The notes: generated by a model from the letters alone, not told the origin. A DNA stretch of 64,000 bases from an uncultured virus (IMG/VR IMGVR_UViG_3300010391_001807) (IMGVR_UViG_3300010391_001807); one strand, 5' to 3'; positions 39,121-50,900 are shown, numbered from the stretch's first letter. Made by a program: numbers and translations.

Positions 39121-39999
39121 TTATCTGATATAATAGTTAAATTTTAACATACCTTCTGGTAAGTTATTATACAAGATCCATAGGCCATTATCATCAAATG
39201 GGTCTGTTTCGAATCTTACTCTCAATTCTGGCCGAGGGACAGGATGGAAAATGAAGAAAAAATACTCATCACTAACATTCAGAGGGACAGTGAAATAAAT
39301 ATATAATACGCCTTCCTCAATTCTCATATCATAAAAACCCTGACCATAGTAATAATAATAACTATAAGTATCGCCCACAACCTGTTGGCCGTTAACGATA
39401 ACTATTTCAGCCAAGTCAGCATCTTCCGCCACACCTGTCATAAGTTCATATTTAGTCCTGGCAGGTAATCCAAAAGTAGCACTAACATCTGTCCCAGTGC
39501 CAAAATATGACAACTCACCATTAATTTTGGCGGTTGTATGACTAAGCATAAATAGCAGGGTGCTGGCAGTAAAAAGCTTTGCCGTTACTAAAACAGAATC
39601 AACATCAGATGCTATATCACTATAATAATACCAGATGTTATTAGGCATTTCATATGACAGAGTAGGGGTTACGTCTGGATAGAATAAAGTATTTTGCAAG
39701 TCCCTAAAGGCCACTGCATCCCAGGTAACTGGAGTATAAGGGGCAACAGCTTCGGCGATGTAATAAATTTGGTCATCAGGTGGAGTTCCTGACTTTTGGC
39801 CTAAAAGATATAACGTAGCCCCAGAAGAAGGGATGAACGAATCTGCCAATGGATATTGAGTAGCCAGAGAAACAGTAGCCGCCTGCGGACGCCAGCCAAT
39901 TTCTAAGAAAAACTCCCCGCTGCCTTCTATGTTATCAATGGTAGCATAACCAGAAGCTGGGTGGTTATCAGTTGCCAATGTATATCTACGAATCGCCAT
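39121..39999 (-). CDS. Putative virion structural protein
   Basis: Beta-rich composition, last gene of the giant structural gene run, contains YSYYYYY. Confidence 0.5.
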   Translation of the reverse strand: MAIRRYTLATDNHPASGYATIDNIEGSGEFFLEIGWRPQAATVSLATQYPLADSFIPSSGATLYLLGQKSGTPPDDQIYYIAEAVAPYTPVTWDAVAFRDLQNTLFYPDVTPTLSYEMPNNIWYYYSDIASDVDSVLVTAKLFTASTLLFMLSHTTAKINGELSYFGTGTDVSATFGLPARTKYELMTGVAEDADLAEIVIVNGQQVVGDTYSYYYYYGQGFYDMRIEEGVLYIYFTVPLNVSDEYFFFIFHPVPRPELRVRFETDPFDDNGLWILYNNLPEGMLKFNYYIR

Positions 40000-40011
40000 A
40001 ATTCATCTCCT

Positions 40012-43000
40012 TTATGTTATCTTGCTCTGAGTGATTATTACTTCATCGGAATTAAACCTATCCCCATTATTATTTCCATCAAAAGGAATAACTACATAAT
40101 ACCATACATCGCCATTTACTAATTTATTTGAAGGTAATGTTACATCAGGATAGATTGTTGTATATTGGACTGCAGCGACCCCATTTTTATACCAATACAT
40201 AGTAGATTTATCTGATCCAGTACCACCAGTATTCGGGTCGTGATAAACATAACTAGCCGTTAAATCTTGTTGCACAGAAATGAGATTCCCCGAATCATCA
40301 GTTAATAACGCAGCCCCATCTGCATCCAAAATGGTCGCCGTCGAAACATAAGGTGGAGCATATCCACCAATATGCACGATATTAGACGGTACGGCTACCC
40401 CAGCCCCATTGGCATCCCTTGGGGTTACCACAACATACCATGAATCAAACTCTTGGAATGGACCACCAGGGTTAGTGGCCGGAACATCTGACACTCTCAT
40501 GACATTCCGATTATCATAAGCGACATTATGAGTATAATTTGTTTCTCCTGTTCTTGCAAAATACCATTGTATTGTAGTACCAGTCTCGGCATTATTATCC
40601 ACCTGAGAATAAATATAACTAACTACTAATCTATCTGTCAAAGACGGTGCTGTTGGTGATAACGTGACTTCTGAAGCCACCGGAGGATCACTCAAGGTCA
40701 CCAAAACACTGGTATCAGTAAATTGCTCCTTCGAAAAAGTAAATCCGAAATCAGGTTCGTCAAAAGCATCATTGGTATAATTTTTTAATCTATATCCTAC
40801 TCTATAAACATTAGAGTGTTGTATCTCAATGGTAACAACATCGGTTGATTGCAACTCCTTCAAGAACATTATTGCCCCATCTTCAGGATAAGAAATATAA
40901 CCCCCTCGAATAATTTCATCATTAACTCTAACAGTTATTGTAGCATCCCAAGGCCAAGAAAGATTTTGAGCATAATAAATGCGTCTATTATCACTAATGG
41001 CTAATTCTCCATTCCGAATATGGGCTGCACCTGGAGTTTTAACATCAGCAGTAACAACATCAGTTGTGGGTCTGGGATTCTCTAGCCAATAAATCAAACC
41101 AGAATCACCAACCAACTGATACGGAGTGACAGTAATGTCAACCACAAACCCATTAATTTTCACCGTCACAACCGCTGTATCACCCCATGTCACAGCAGCC
41201 CCCGAGGCATCAACAACACGATATACAGATACGCCAGTAGTTTCTGTGATCATGGGGGCCGTGCCCAAACCCACTAAATTAACATCAGGTGTAAAATAAA
41301 TACTCTTGGTTCTATTGGGCAAAACCCCAATCCTGTTGTTCATTATTGGGTCTGTATCATTCCAATCAGTGCTATTCCCCCTGACCACACCCCAATCTAA
41401 AATGGCATTCTCTGGCAAATCTACATTAGGAGCAAACATATATTCAGAAATAATATCAGAGGTCTGAGGCTCAGTGAATTTATACTCAATGGCAGGATCT
41501 ACAGTCCAATATTTGAAACTGTAAATCTTTGGAGATGGATATTCCTGGTCTCGATAATAGTAATAATCACTGTAAGACCCATAGTATTGATAATATTCAT
41601 AGCCATAATACTGTAGTTGCCGACAATTCAAACTGCTAGTTACACTATCATAATCGTAATTATTACCATAAATATCATAATAGTTGCCACCATAAATGTT
41701 TCCCAACCAACCAATAACCCTAAATCTGAATGCATAAATGAATTGTTCAAAAACAACACGGGTATTAGTAGCAACAACCTGCCATGCTTCAAAAGTCAAA
41801 CCATCATAACTAAAAGCGACCTCCAACTTCAGGTCAGAAGTCAAAGGAATACTAACGCCTAATTCCAACATGGATAAGAATGTTAATTCTCCAAACCACA
41901 CTTCATCTTCATATGCCCCCTGGAAAATGGTTTTCTCTTTGTCATTTAATATCTCATCATAAGATTCTCTGAATCTAGTATTGACATTATCCCCCAACTG
42001 ATATAATAGACCGTTGGTATTCTCACTCAAATAATACATGTTGGTATTATCATAACTATTACCTAAGGCAAAACAGAAAATGGGGGTCAAATTGTCACCA
42101 CGAATGGCATTAGCGGTTATCGCAACCTCTTCAATCTGCATGTCTCCCACATTATCAAACCCGTCTGAAATGATGACAGCAAATGAGGCCATGGTTTCCG
42201 CATATTGATAAATCAAATAATTGACCAAAACACCATGATTAGCAATGGTAGGGAAGCCAGTGGCTGAGTCATAGGTGGGGTCTAATGTAGCCAAATAAGC
42301 ATAATCAATGCGATTCATTTGCCTCATTAATTCCAAAACATCATCAATTTGGTCTTCCCTAATGATAGCATCAACAATGGATTGGGCGTCTAAATTGCCA
42401 ATTGCCTCATCCGCTGCAGTCCATAACCTAGACTCATCACCATCTGAAGTGATGGAACCAAGGGCGGCACTATAATCAGGGCGAAGATCAGTCGGCCCAT
42501 CAAAAGTATTTTCACTGATGGAATCCCCAAATGTCCAAACATCAACATATGAAAACTCTGCTCTCCTAAAAATCTCACGAATAAATAAGAGAGTTTCCGA
42601 TATTCGCAAATCATCCACATCACTCCAAATCATACTAGCACTCCCATCAATACATAACCCCATACGGAAACGCATGTCTAATTCCATGGTATTGTCGGTG
42701 GAAACGAACCATTTGAAAGCATTGTCTTGATTAAATTGGAATTCATGTTCTACTAAGGTAGATGTCTGTGGAGCATCATAGAACACCTTGAAATAATGAT
42801 CTTTATCCAAATCCGAAGTCCATGTTACATTGTTTTGACTAGTTAATTTCCAACCATCCAAATAAGGATTGTCCGCATTAGAAAAAACCCATCCCACAGC
42901 CTTTTGAGCGTCATAACCATAATCAAAGGTTTGAACTAACACCACCGCATATTTACCGCCCCCAGGAATGACTGGAACTAAGGATGGAAATGTAAAGGTA

Positions 43001-43113
43001 TAAAAAGCGTCTCTGGTGACTTCAGACGCAGGAATAAAATTACTACTAGCCAAAACAGTATTAGTAGGTATTCCATTAACGTCAGTTTGTCTGATCTCTA
43101 CTTTAAAAGCCAT
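40012..43113 (-). CDS. vWA-domain putative tail/baseplate protein with C-terminal Ig-like repeats
   Basis: MIDAS motif CIDGSASM and IISDG; two 'L..SY.Y...G....W.......V.P.D..G' Ig-like repeats. Confidence 0.7.
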   Translation of the reverse strand: MAFKVEIRQTDVNGIPTNTVLASSNFIPASEVTRDAFYTFTFPSLVPVIPGGGKYAVVLVQTFDYGYDAQKAVGWVFSNADNPYLDGWKLTSQNNVTWTSDLDKDHYFKVFYDAPQTSTLVEHEFQFNQDNAFKWFVSTDNTMELDMRFRMGLCIDGSASMIWSDVDDLRISETLLFIREIFRRAEFSYVDVWTFGDSISENTFDGPTDLRPDYSAALGSITSDGDESRLWTAADEAIGNLDAQSIVDAIIREDQIDDVLELMRQMNRIDYAYLATLDPTYDSATGFPTIANHGVLVNYLIYQYAETMASFAVIISDGFDNVGDMQIEEVAITANAIRGDNLTPIFCFALGNSYDNTNMYYLSENTNGLLYQLGDNVNTRFRESYDEILNDKEKTIFQGAYEDEVWFGELTFLSMLELGVSIPLTSDLKLEVAFSYDGLTFEAWQVVATNTRVVFEQFIYAFRFRVIGWLGNIYGGNYYDIYGNNYDYDSVTSSLNCRQLQYYGYEYYQYYGSYSDYYYYRDQEYPSPKIYSFKYWTVDPAIEYKFTEPQTSDIISEYMFAPNVDLPENAILDWGVVRGNSTDWNDTDPIMNNRIGVLPNRTKSIYFTPDVNLVGLGTAPMITETTGVSVYRVVDASGAAVTWGDTAVVTVKINGFVVDITVTPYQLVGDSGLIYWLENPRPTTDVVTADVKTPGAAHIRNGELAISDNRRIYYAQNLSWPWDATITVRVNDEIIRGGYISYPEDGAIMFLKELQSTDVVTIEIQHSNVYRVGYRLKNYTNDAFDEPDFGFTFSKEQFTDTSVLVTLSDPPVASEVTLSPTAPSLTDRLVVSYIYSQVDNNAETGTTIQWYFARTGETNYTHNVAYDNRNVMRVSDVPATNPGGPFQEFDSWYVVVTPRDANGAGVAVPSNIVHIGGYAPPYVSTATILDADGAALLTDDSGNLISVQQDLTASYVYHDPNTGGTGSDKSTMYWYKNGVAAVQYTTIYPDVTLPSNKLVNGDVWYYVVIPFDGNNNGDRFNSDEVIITQSKIT

Positions 43114-43114
43114 T

Positions 43115-46100
43115 TTAAATTTCCTTATAATGTAAATATAGACTTACTTTAGATATTTGATTATAATCTGGAACAAATGTTTGGGCAATGTAAGGATTAT
43201 CGTCTAAATAAACCACATTGCCGATGTCTATGGCGGCTTGCAAAAAATCATCTCCGTCGTTTATACTATACCACCAGCCATTATTAGTTCCAGCATATAA
43301 GGTATTACTATCATAAACTAACTGATATATCTCTGATGCTCCAGGAATATTTAGGGCAGCCTCAACGGTATAACAACCATTATAACTACGATATATCCCT
43401 TTATTTGTTCCGATGAAACATTTATATTTCTTCCAAACATTAGGAGAGGTATCCGCAATTGTAGTATCAGTGCCGGTAGCAAAACAATTACACGTTATGC
43501 GGCGACTATTATCGGTATTAGTTAGAATATCACTGTTATCAATGGATAATGGTTTGGCTTCAAAGGATAGATATAAACCTGGACTAACAGGGTCTATCCA
43601 ACGCCAATTTCGAGCCACTCGCAAGCCGTCATTGGTTAGAAAAATCAAAGGAACAGTTTTGGGCCGAGGGTCTTGGAATGCCCCATAGAATTTCAATTTT
43701 TCATAGATAGGCTGGTTTAAAGCATCGAAACCAACTTTAATGTATCTTTGATCCTTACTCAAATCGCCTTCAGTGCCGGAAGTAACAGTAGTAGTTGTTG
43801 TCCCACTCGTTGCATCAGTAGTAGTTGTGGTTCTAAATCCTGGGTCAATTGGTTCTGAGCCATTTAACAATGCTGAATAAGGATTTACCGAACCATTACT
43901 ATAAGTTCTAGTTCCGCTATAACAGACCCATACACCTACTTCTGACATTATCCAGATAGATGAATAAGTTGTGCGTTGACCAGTTTCAGCATCTACTCGA
44001 TAGAAAATACCCTGATAGAAACCATATACTCTCTTGCCATCAACGCTATCAAAATGGTCAGAATGGAACGATTCGGGGACCTCATCATCCCAAGAATATA
44101 CTACCATTGACATCCCATCATTTTTACCATACAATTCATAAGGTTTCGCTGCTCCAGCCCACCAATTCAATGAACCGTCCAAATAACTCAACTGTTGTTG
44201 ATAGAAAGTAGAACTTGGTGCCCAAGTAACTCCGTTATCTGTACTAATCCATAACCCATTATTAGCACCCGCTAATAAGTAACCAGTTCTCCTAGCATAC
44301 TTCAAATATGAAACAAAACCAGCATTCCCCAAAGCATTGAGTTGTTTCCAACTAGTCCCATCATTTTCCCAAACGCCTTTTTCAGTCCCCGCCAAAAATG
44401 ATGTTGTCCCAGGAGAAAGCATGGCCGAAACAATAACCGGAGTGGCAATCGCTGTCCTAGAAGGAATGTCTAAACCATTCCAAAGGGTGCTTGTAGAATC
44501 CCCTTCGTCAATTGGGTCTATACCACCAGCATGTAATAATGTTTGATATAATCCTTGCACTACTTCATCCCCTACCGAAACAGGTGGATAATGTGGAGGA
44601 TCGTCATAAATATTGACATATACTCTGCGACTAGCCAATTGTCCTCTTAATAAGTTAGATACATATAAACTATACAAATCGTATGGCTGCTCGTTCATAT
44701 ATAATGATAGATAATCTTCAATGCCATATTGGCGTTTAACTTCTAACCAAACAACTTCCTTCCCTGCGGCATGAGTAGTATCCGGCCTTGTCTTTAAACT
44801 CTTAAAAGTATATTTATCAATTTTTTGAACATATATCTTTTCATCTTCAATCTTAATGTAAAAAACCTGATCAGGGAATGTGCTTGTAGATCCCACTTTG
44901 ATTGTATCCATTCCGCCAACTAAATCAGTCGTCAACTCAGTTTTAATTGTAGTGCTAGGAACAAAAGCATCCAATATTTCAGAATGAGGGATCTCACCAA
45001 TATCTATGATATACGCCCCTGGATCTAATACACTCATCATCACATTAGCCGTATTAGTTAATGATTGTGAGAATACGAACTTACCTTGTGTCATGTCATA
45101 AGTATAAGGAATGGTGGTTAATTCATTATTAACATATACTGCTACATCCGCATTAGCTCGTTCCCAAGGACCATTAACAGCATAATAATCAGTAAAATCT
45201 TTTTCTAATAAAATTATGTCAGAAGTTTTCTGCTGAGTGGTAAAAATAATGGCCTGCATAGCAGGGTTCAAAGTATATCCTCCCAAGGAAGGCAATATTT
45301 CGATGCCATTTTTCTCAATGTATGGGATGATTTCAACATCCCATATTTTAACAGTTCTATCCCAATTTAATCCTCCGTCAGTTGACTTCCAAATACCATT
45401 ATAACTGGCGGCATAATAATCAGTGCCTTGAGAAGCAAACCCATAATTAGGGTCAAACCCCATAAAGGCTTGGGCAGAGAAATTAACGGTTTGGGCATCA
45501 TCAATGTAAGTAGAAGGTATATTCCAACTTAAAGGCTGCCAGCCATCAGCAATTTCCTTCGCGGCATCAGTGAGGGCAGATTGATTGGCAGCATTAGCTA
45601 ATGATATGACATTAATTTTACCTTGAAGGGTAGATATGCTACCATTGTATCCAGTTGTAGTAAGGACCGCTGATAATGATTTAATGCCATATAATGAGTC
45701 AACAACTGTCAATGAACCAAATAAGAATGGTTGATTAGCAACAAAACGAGTTTGTAAATCGGTACTACTCACTGCAACACTATTAGTCAATCCGATCAAA
45801 TATTTTCGTCTCCCCGGCTCTTGAGACAAACGGTTGGGCAAACGCCCCGTGGATGTGAAGTCATAACTAACATGTAATTCTTCCCCGGTTTCCGTAAGAT
45901 CATGCTTCCAATAATTTTCGGTAGTTTCGGAAGTCACAACGCTAATGGCTTCGGCAGTATGAGAGACATAAACTTTATCACTAGACAATACCAGAATACC
46001 ATTATTCTCATAAAGCCACATAATATCATCAGCAATAATGGTCGCAGATACTAATCTATCTCCAGCATAGAACCCATTCTCCGTTCCTAAATATAGAGTC

Positions 46101-47908
46101 CTATCATACCAATAACTAGAACCAGAATCTGCCACAAAAGAATGGCCTGTAATGATCTCTTGTAAGGAATAAATCTCAACGCCAGCTTGGTTAGTATCAA
46201 GTTGCCAAGGAATGGTAGTCACAATAACTGGAGTGGTTCCACCTGTCAAAGTGCCTGCAGCAGCCAAGAATCTGGCCGTGAATAAACCGAGAGGAGTAGC
46301 AATATGATATACTTTATAATAGTCATGAGTTAATTGATTCTTAACTATTCTTTCGACTTTATCGGTGCTGACAGTAAAATCATTCACAAATAAAACTGCA
46401 GTCGGGACTACCAATTCAGTCCAGGTCACACCGCTATCTTGAGTATACCACACTTTGCCTTGGTCAGTTAAAGCATAAACTTCTGGGAATTGGATTTGGC
46501 CACCGTGTTGGCCCTCAACGCAGTTATCATAAATCTTAATGATATGACCAAAATCATCTGGGAAGCCTAATTTAGTGAGAGTTTGATAATCAGTATCATT
46601 AACCTGATATAATCCACTGGCAATGGAAGCCACATTCCCTAAAATAAATGAACTATGGACTTCAAAGATTTGTGTATCATAACCGATGGTAATGTCTGGT
46701 GGAACTAAGTAATAGGTTCTTTGGTCTTTCGTTCTAGTAGTAATGCTAGGCTGGAAATTTGCTGTCTCTTTGACTCTATTCAGACCAAAATGGTCCAATG
46801 GCTCAATTTGGCTGCTAGAGAAAGTCCCAAAAACTATTTTTGAACCATCAATGTCGCCCACTTTATTACTGGCTAATTTATATCTACTATCAACTGCAAA
46901 ACGAGCGTCCCCAGTAACTGCCGCAACATTCCCTCCGGTCAATTGAGAAGGAGGATCATCTTGCGGGCCACGGGCGATCTGCCCATCAGCCGGGTCCATG
47001 TATTTGACAATTTGCACGATGTCTGTGCTAAGAATGTTGTTCTTAAGATATAATTTCCCGCCCAAATTATCCAAGAAATAATCATTGACTGATAATGTCA
47101 CACCATTGAGTTTAATATCAGCCTTCTCATAATGAGGCAAAGAAGTTTGTCGAATGGCAGCCGATGGCATGCCACTATCTGTTGGCAAGGTAAAAGGAGC
47201 CAGCAAAAAGATAGGACTGGAGGACACAACCGGCAAATTTTCAACCACTTCTGAATCCAAGGAAATTTTTGAAGGATTATCATCTACTGCTGGTTTAAAT
47301 TCTGTTGCAGGTTGGCCAATGTGAATATGACGATAAAATTTTTCTTTTTCAAGACCGCTCAATAAACCTTCCAGATTTAGTAGAATGCGTCTGCGATTAT
47401 TCTGGTCTTGAATTCTGGATATGTACAACTCATTAGTATCAGTATCATAAAAAACAGTCACGGTAGCTAAATAAACAGCATCATGACTGGAATCATAATC
47501 AGAATCAGTCGTCACTAAAATGTTAGCTCTACCTTCTGTAGATAAACAATCCGTCCCTATGGCATAAACATAATACAAACGACTTAAATTCATCAAAGGC
47601 AATGCAAAATATTCAGTCTCATATGTATAAGCGGGATAAACACCAATGACTCCATCTCCAGGAGTTATCTTAATAATCATACACCAATCAAGATGAGCCA
47701 ATGAGGCCTTAACCGCTGGTGACAAAGCATTAACTTCAACCTGAGTGACAGATAGAACATCCCAGCCATGAACGATGCCTTGGCCCACAAAGGTATACAG
47801 ACCATACAATTGTGATTCCACACTTGTCCAGTTAATTAACTCATAATCCCAAAAAACAGGTTCTTGGAATACACTAATAAATCTATAAACCGAAGTTCTA
47901 TTTAGCAT
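43115..47908 (-). CDS. Large putative tail protein with Asp-box/BNR beta-propeller repeats
   Basis: YTQDSGVTW, KSTDGGLNW, ISTDNGVTW and repeated (G/A)T..G(L/V/I)(W/Y) blades. Confidence 0.7.
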   Translation of the reverse strand: MLNRTSVYRFISVFQEPVFWDYELINWTSVESQLYGLYTFVGQGIVHGWDVLSVTQVEVNALSPAVKASLAHLDWCMIIKITPGDGVIGVYPAYTYETEYFALPLMNLSRLYYVYAIGTDCLSTEGRANILVTTDSDYDSSHDAVYLATVTVFYDTDTNELYISRIQDQNNRRRILLNLEGLLSGLEKEKFYRHIHIGQPATEFKPAVDDNPSKISLDSEVVENLPVVSSSPIFLLAPFTLPTDSGMPSAAIRQTSLPHYEKADIKLNGVTLSVNDYFLDNLGGKLYLKNNILSTDIVQIVKYMDPADGQIARGPQDDPPSQLTGGNVAAVTGDARFAVDSRYKLASNKVGDIDGSKIVFGTFSSSQIEPLDHFGLNRVKETANFQPSITTRTKDQRTYYLVPPDITIGYDTQIFEVHSSFILGNVASIASGLYQVNDTDYQTLTKLGFPDDFGHIIKIYDNCVEGQHGGQIQFPEVYALTDQGKVWYTQDSGVTWTELVVPTAVLFVNDFTVSTDKVERIVKNQLTHDYYKVYHIATPLGLFTARFLAAAGTLTGGTTPVIVTTIPWQLDTNQAGVEIYSLQEIITGHSFVADSGSSYWYDRTLYLGTENGFYAGDRLVSATIIADDIMWLYENNGILVLSSDKVYVSHTAEAISVVTSETTENYWKHDLTETGEELHVSYDFTSTGRLPNRLSQEPGRRKYLIGLTNSVAVSSTDLQTRFVANQPFLFGSLTVVDSLYGIKSLSAVLTTTGYNGSISTLQGKINVISLANAANQSALTDAAKEIADGWQPLSWNIPSTYIDDAQTVNFSAQAFMGFDPNYGFASQGTDYYAASYNGIWKSTDGGLNWDRTVKIWDVEIIPYIEKNGIEILPSLGGYTLNPAMQAIIFTTQQKTSDIILLEKDFTDYYAVNGPWERANADVAVYVNNELTTIPYTYDMTQGKFVFSQSLTNTANVMMSVLDPGAYIIDIGEIPHSEILDAFVPSTTIKTELTTDLVGGMDTIKVGSTSTFPDQVFYIKIEDEKIYVQKIDKYTFKSLKTRPDTTHAAGKEVVWLEVKRQYGIEDYLSLYMNEQPYDLYSLYVSNLLRGQLASRRVYVNIYDDPPHYPPVSVGDEVVQGLYQTLLHAGGIDPIDEGDSTSTLWNGLDIPSRTAIATPVIVSAMLSPGTTSFLAGTEKGVWENDGTSWKQLNALGNAGFVSYLKYARRTGYLLAGANNGLWISTDNGVTWAPSSTFYQQQLSYLDGSLNWWAGAAKPYELYGKNDGMSMVVYSWDDEVPESFHSDHFDSVDGKRVYGFYQGIFYRVDAETGQRTTYSSIWIMSEVGVWVCYSGTRTYSNGSVNPYSALLNGSEPIDPGFRTTTTTDATSGTTTTTVTSGTEGDLSKDQRYIKVGFDALNQPIYEKLKFYGAFQDPRPKTVPLIFLTNDGLRVARNWRWIDPVSPGLYLSFEAKPLSIDNSDILTNTDNSRRITCNCFATGTDTTIADTSPNVWKKYKCFIGTNKGIYRSYNGCYTVEAALNIPGASEIYQLVYDSNTLYAGTNNGWWYSINDGDDFLQAAIDIGNVVYLDDNPYIAQTFVPDYNQISKVSLYLHYKEI

Positions 47909-47920
47909 CCTTTAGCCCTT

Positions 47921-50900
47921 TTAAATATATTGGTTCAAGTTAATTTTTACATCCTTATTCTCACTTTCAATAAGGATGGCCCATTCGTCAATGATAGCCA
48001 CTTCTTGGTCAGTAGAAATTAATAGGGCAGCAACCCTAAATGTCTCTTGTGGATCATCCACGGTGAATACATGATTAGGAGTTACAATCTGATAATCGCC
48101 CCAACTATATGATGTCAAATTCTTGGTGCTAATACCAAATTGAATGTCACCACCAGGAGGAATAACACCCTCCCAAGTCAAAATTCCTCGGTTTAGCTTA
48201 TAGGTGCCCGCTTCGACACGCTCTTGGCTGGCAATGGCTCGTAAATCAAATACCGTAGTATAGAACATGGCCGCATTATTACTAATATACTTAATGACTA
48301 TGCTAAATACCTTAGGAGTGAATGATCTATTTTCGGTCCTTAATACCAATTTAAACTGTATCCATTGACCAGTTAGATAAGAGATGTCGGAATTTAATGA
48401 CATGATGTCGCCCTGGTCCTCAACATAATAACTATAATCTTCATAATAGTAATTATTGAAATATGGCTCATAATAATAACCATAACGATAATAATAGTCA
48501 TAGTCTATGTTAGGATTCAATAATTCGAATGGACCATTCCAGGCAGTAGTCGCCAAAGCATCACGGGAAGTTGCTGTTCTAACATAAAGATCAACAATTG
48601 TATTATATGGTAACTGAGCAATCAAATCAATAACATCCCACCTCGACAAATTGGCTGCAAAATATGGCTCACTCTCATAAACACCAGTTTGTTCAATGCT
48701 CTTAAAGGCACTATATAGCTGCACTGGAGGACTACTAACGCTTTCATAAGAGTCTACGATGGCCCCACTGGTAGTATTGACCTCGATAACATGTTTAGCA
48801 ATCAAATTGTTATAGAAAATCTTATCAGATAGAATGGCAGTAACATTATCAATGCCATCTTTAAATTGACAATAAACATTCTTATACCCAGACCCAACAC
48901 TAATGCCAATATATTTTATCATTTTCCCGGCAACCGTAGGCACTGTCAAATCATTATATATCATTCCCAGTTCGGCAAGAGTATAAGGTCTGGTCTGCCC
49001 GAATAGATACATCTGCCCTTTGTACTGGATAATTCCATTCGCACCATTCATTTGTGAAGGAAGAGCAATTTCACTCATGCTAATTCCATCATAGACAAAG
49101 GCTTTGGCCGAACTTCCAGAGAACCACAACTGTTTCGTCTGTGAGGCAGGCGGAGCAATATCTGCTTCCTTAATGTCCTTCCCTTCACTATCTTTTCCGA
49201 TGACCTTCCCTGATAGAACGGAATATGTACCATCATCAGTAAAGGTGATAGCCGCCACAATGTTATTATGAGCAGCATCAACTTCCATCAATTTTTCAGC
49301 ATCTTCGCCGTCATTTACTAATGGAGACCGATAAATGCGATAACCAACGGCGTTGTCAATGGTTTGCCATTCCAAATCCAACTTACCATTGACCGTTGTG
49401 CTTTCAAAGACATATTCAGCCCCTGCAGCACTTTCTATGCCAGAATTACCGATAGAAGTGATCTTATATCTCCAAGTCCCTGACGACATGAATCCAGCCC
49501 CAGCATCAGAAATGCTCAAAATTTCAGGTCCATCATTATTAGCTGAAGCCAAACCAGAAATAGAAGGCACTGAGGAGTCAAACAATAACTCCCAACTAAA
49601 GACATTATTGGTATTCACATAGGTATATATCTTACCATGACCACAGGCTGCATAAACTTGGTTCTTATCTAAATAATAAGCAAACTGATTAACTTGGTCA
49701 ATAATGACATCAGCGGCTTGATCATAACTGGTTCCGTTAAACTTAAATATCTCGCCAGTTGGAGACACCCCAATGTGTAATAATGCTCCATAGGCAAACA
49801 AACTACTCACCACAGCCGAAGAGAATTGTTTCACTAAGGTCGCCGACGCTCCATTATAAGTATAGAGTTTCCCGCTATTCCCAGTGCCGATGTATAAGGT
49901 GTCATCATATGCCGCTAAACTCGTTACTCTATTAACGCCAGTCAGAGTAGTAGTTAAATTCCAATCCAAACCATTATCACTCTCATAAACCACCCCGCCA
50001 TCAGTTCCTAGATACAGCGTATCTCTCCAAATTGCAAAGCAGTTCACTACATGAGTAAAGGTTGTAGAGGCTACTACAAAATTGGTTCCGTTGGATGAAA
50101 TGTAGACATTCTTATCTCTACAAGAAACTACTAAAATGTTATTATATTCAATTGCTGCTACTAATGGTTCTGCAAAAGTAGCCGTAACTTGCCAATCATT
50201 GTTCGCAGAAATCAAATTCCAATCAATGGTAATAACTCCATCGGTCATTGGTATCCAACCATTAATGTCTGCTCCAGCTTGGGTATTTGAGTCTCGGAAA
50301 TCTTGGTAACCACTAACTCTATAATGAGTGACACCAATTCCCATGTCATGGGCAGCCAAGGTCAAATGAGAGGCGTCTGATACCGTCTCGTAATCACCAG
50401 TGTAAATGATTCTCACTGCCATGGCAGAAATTGCGTTTGTCAAAGTATACTCAAAGAATGCTTGGTCACCAGTTGAATCTGAAATCATTTCTGCCACTAC
50501 TATCCAGACATTAGTTGTAGATAAATATTCCAAATTATAGGTCTTCTGCTTATTGGACTTGCATCCCCACCTAAACTTACTAATCGAAACTGGATTATTT
50601 GGGTCATCTGTGAATGCCTGTTTCACATATCTAATTTCAGGAGTACCAATCACATCATAGGTTGTATCATCCCCATCAATTACTGCATAAGCAGAATCTA
50701 CTTCAATGTCTACAGCAGAATATCTAGCAGTATAACCCTGTTTAATCTGTTTATTGGTACTATCATAAGATTCCATCGCATAAACTTGGACTGCCCCTGC
50801 CGCAGTATCCTCATTAATGACAATGCTTCCCAATGGTGCAGCAGTATCTTTAAGAATTGTATCATAACTCTGAGTGCGGCGGCGGTAGAATATGTCGCCA

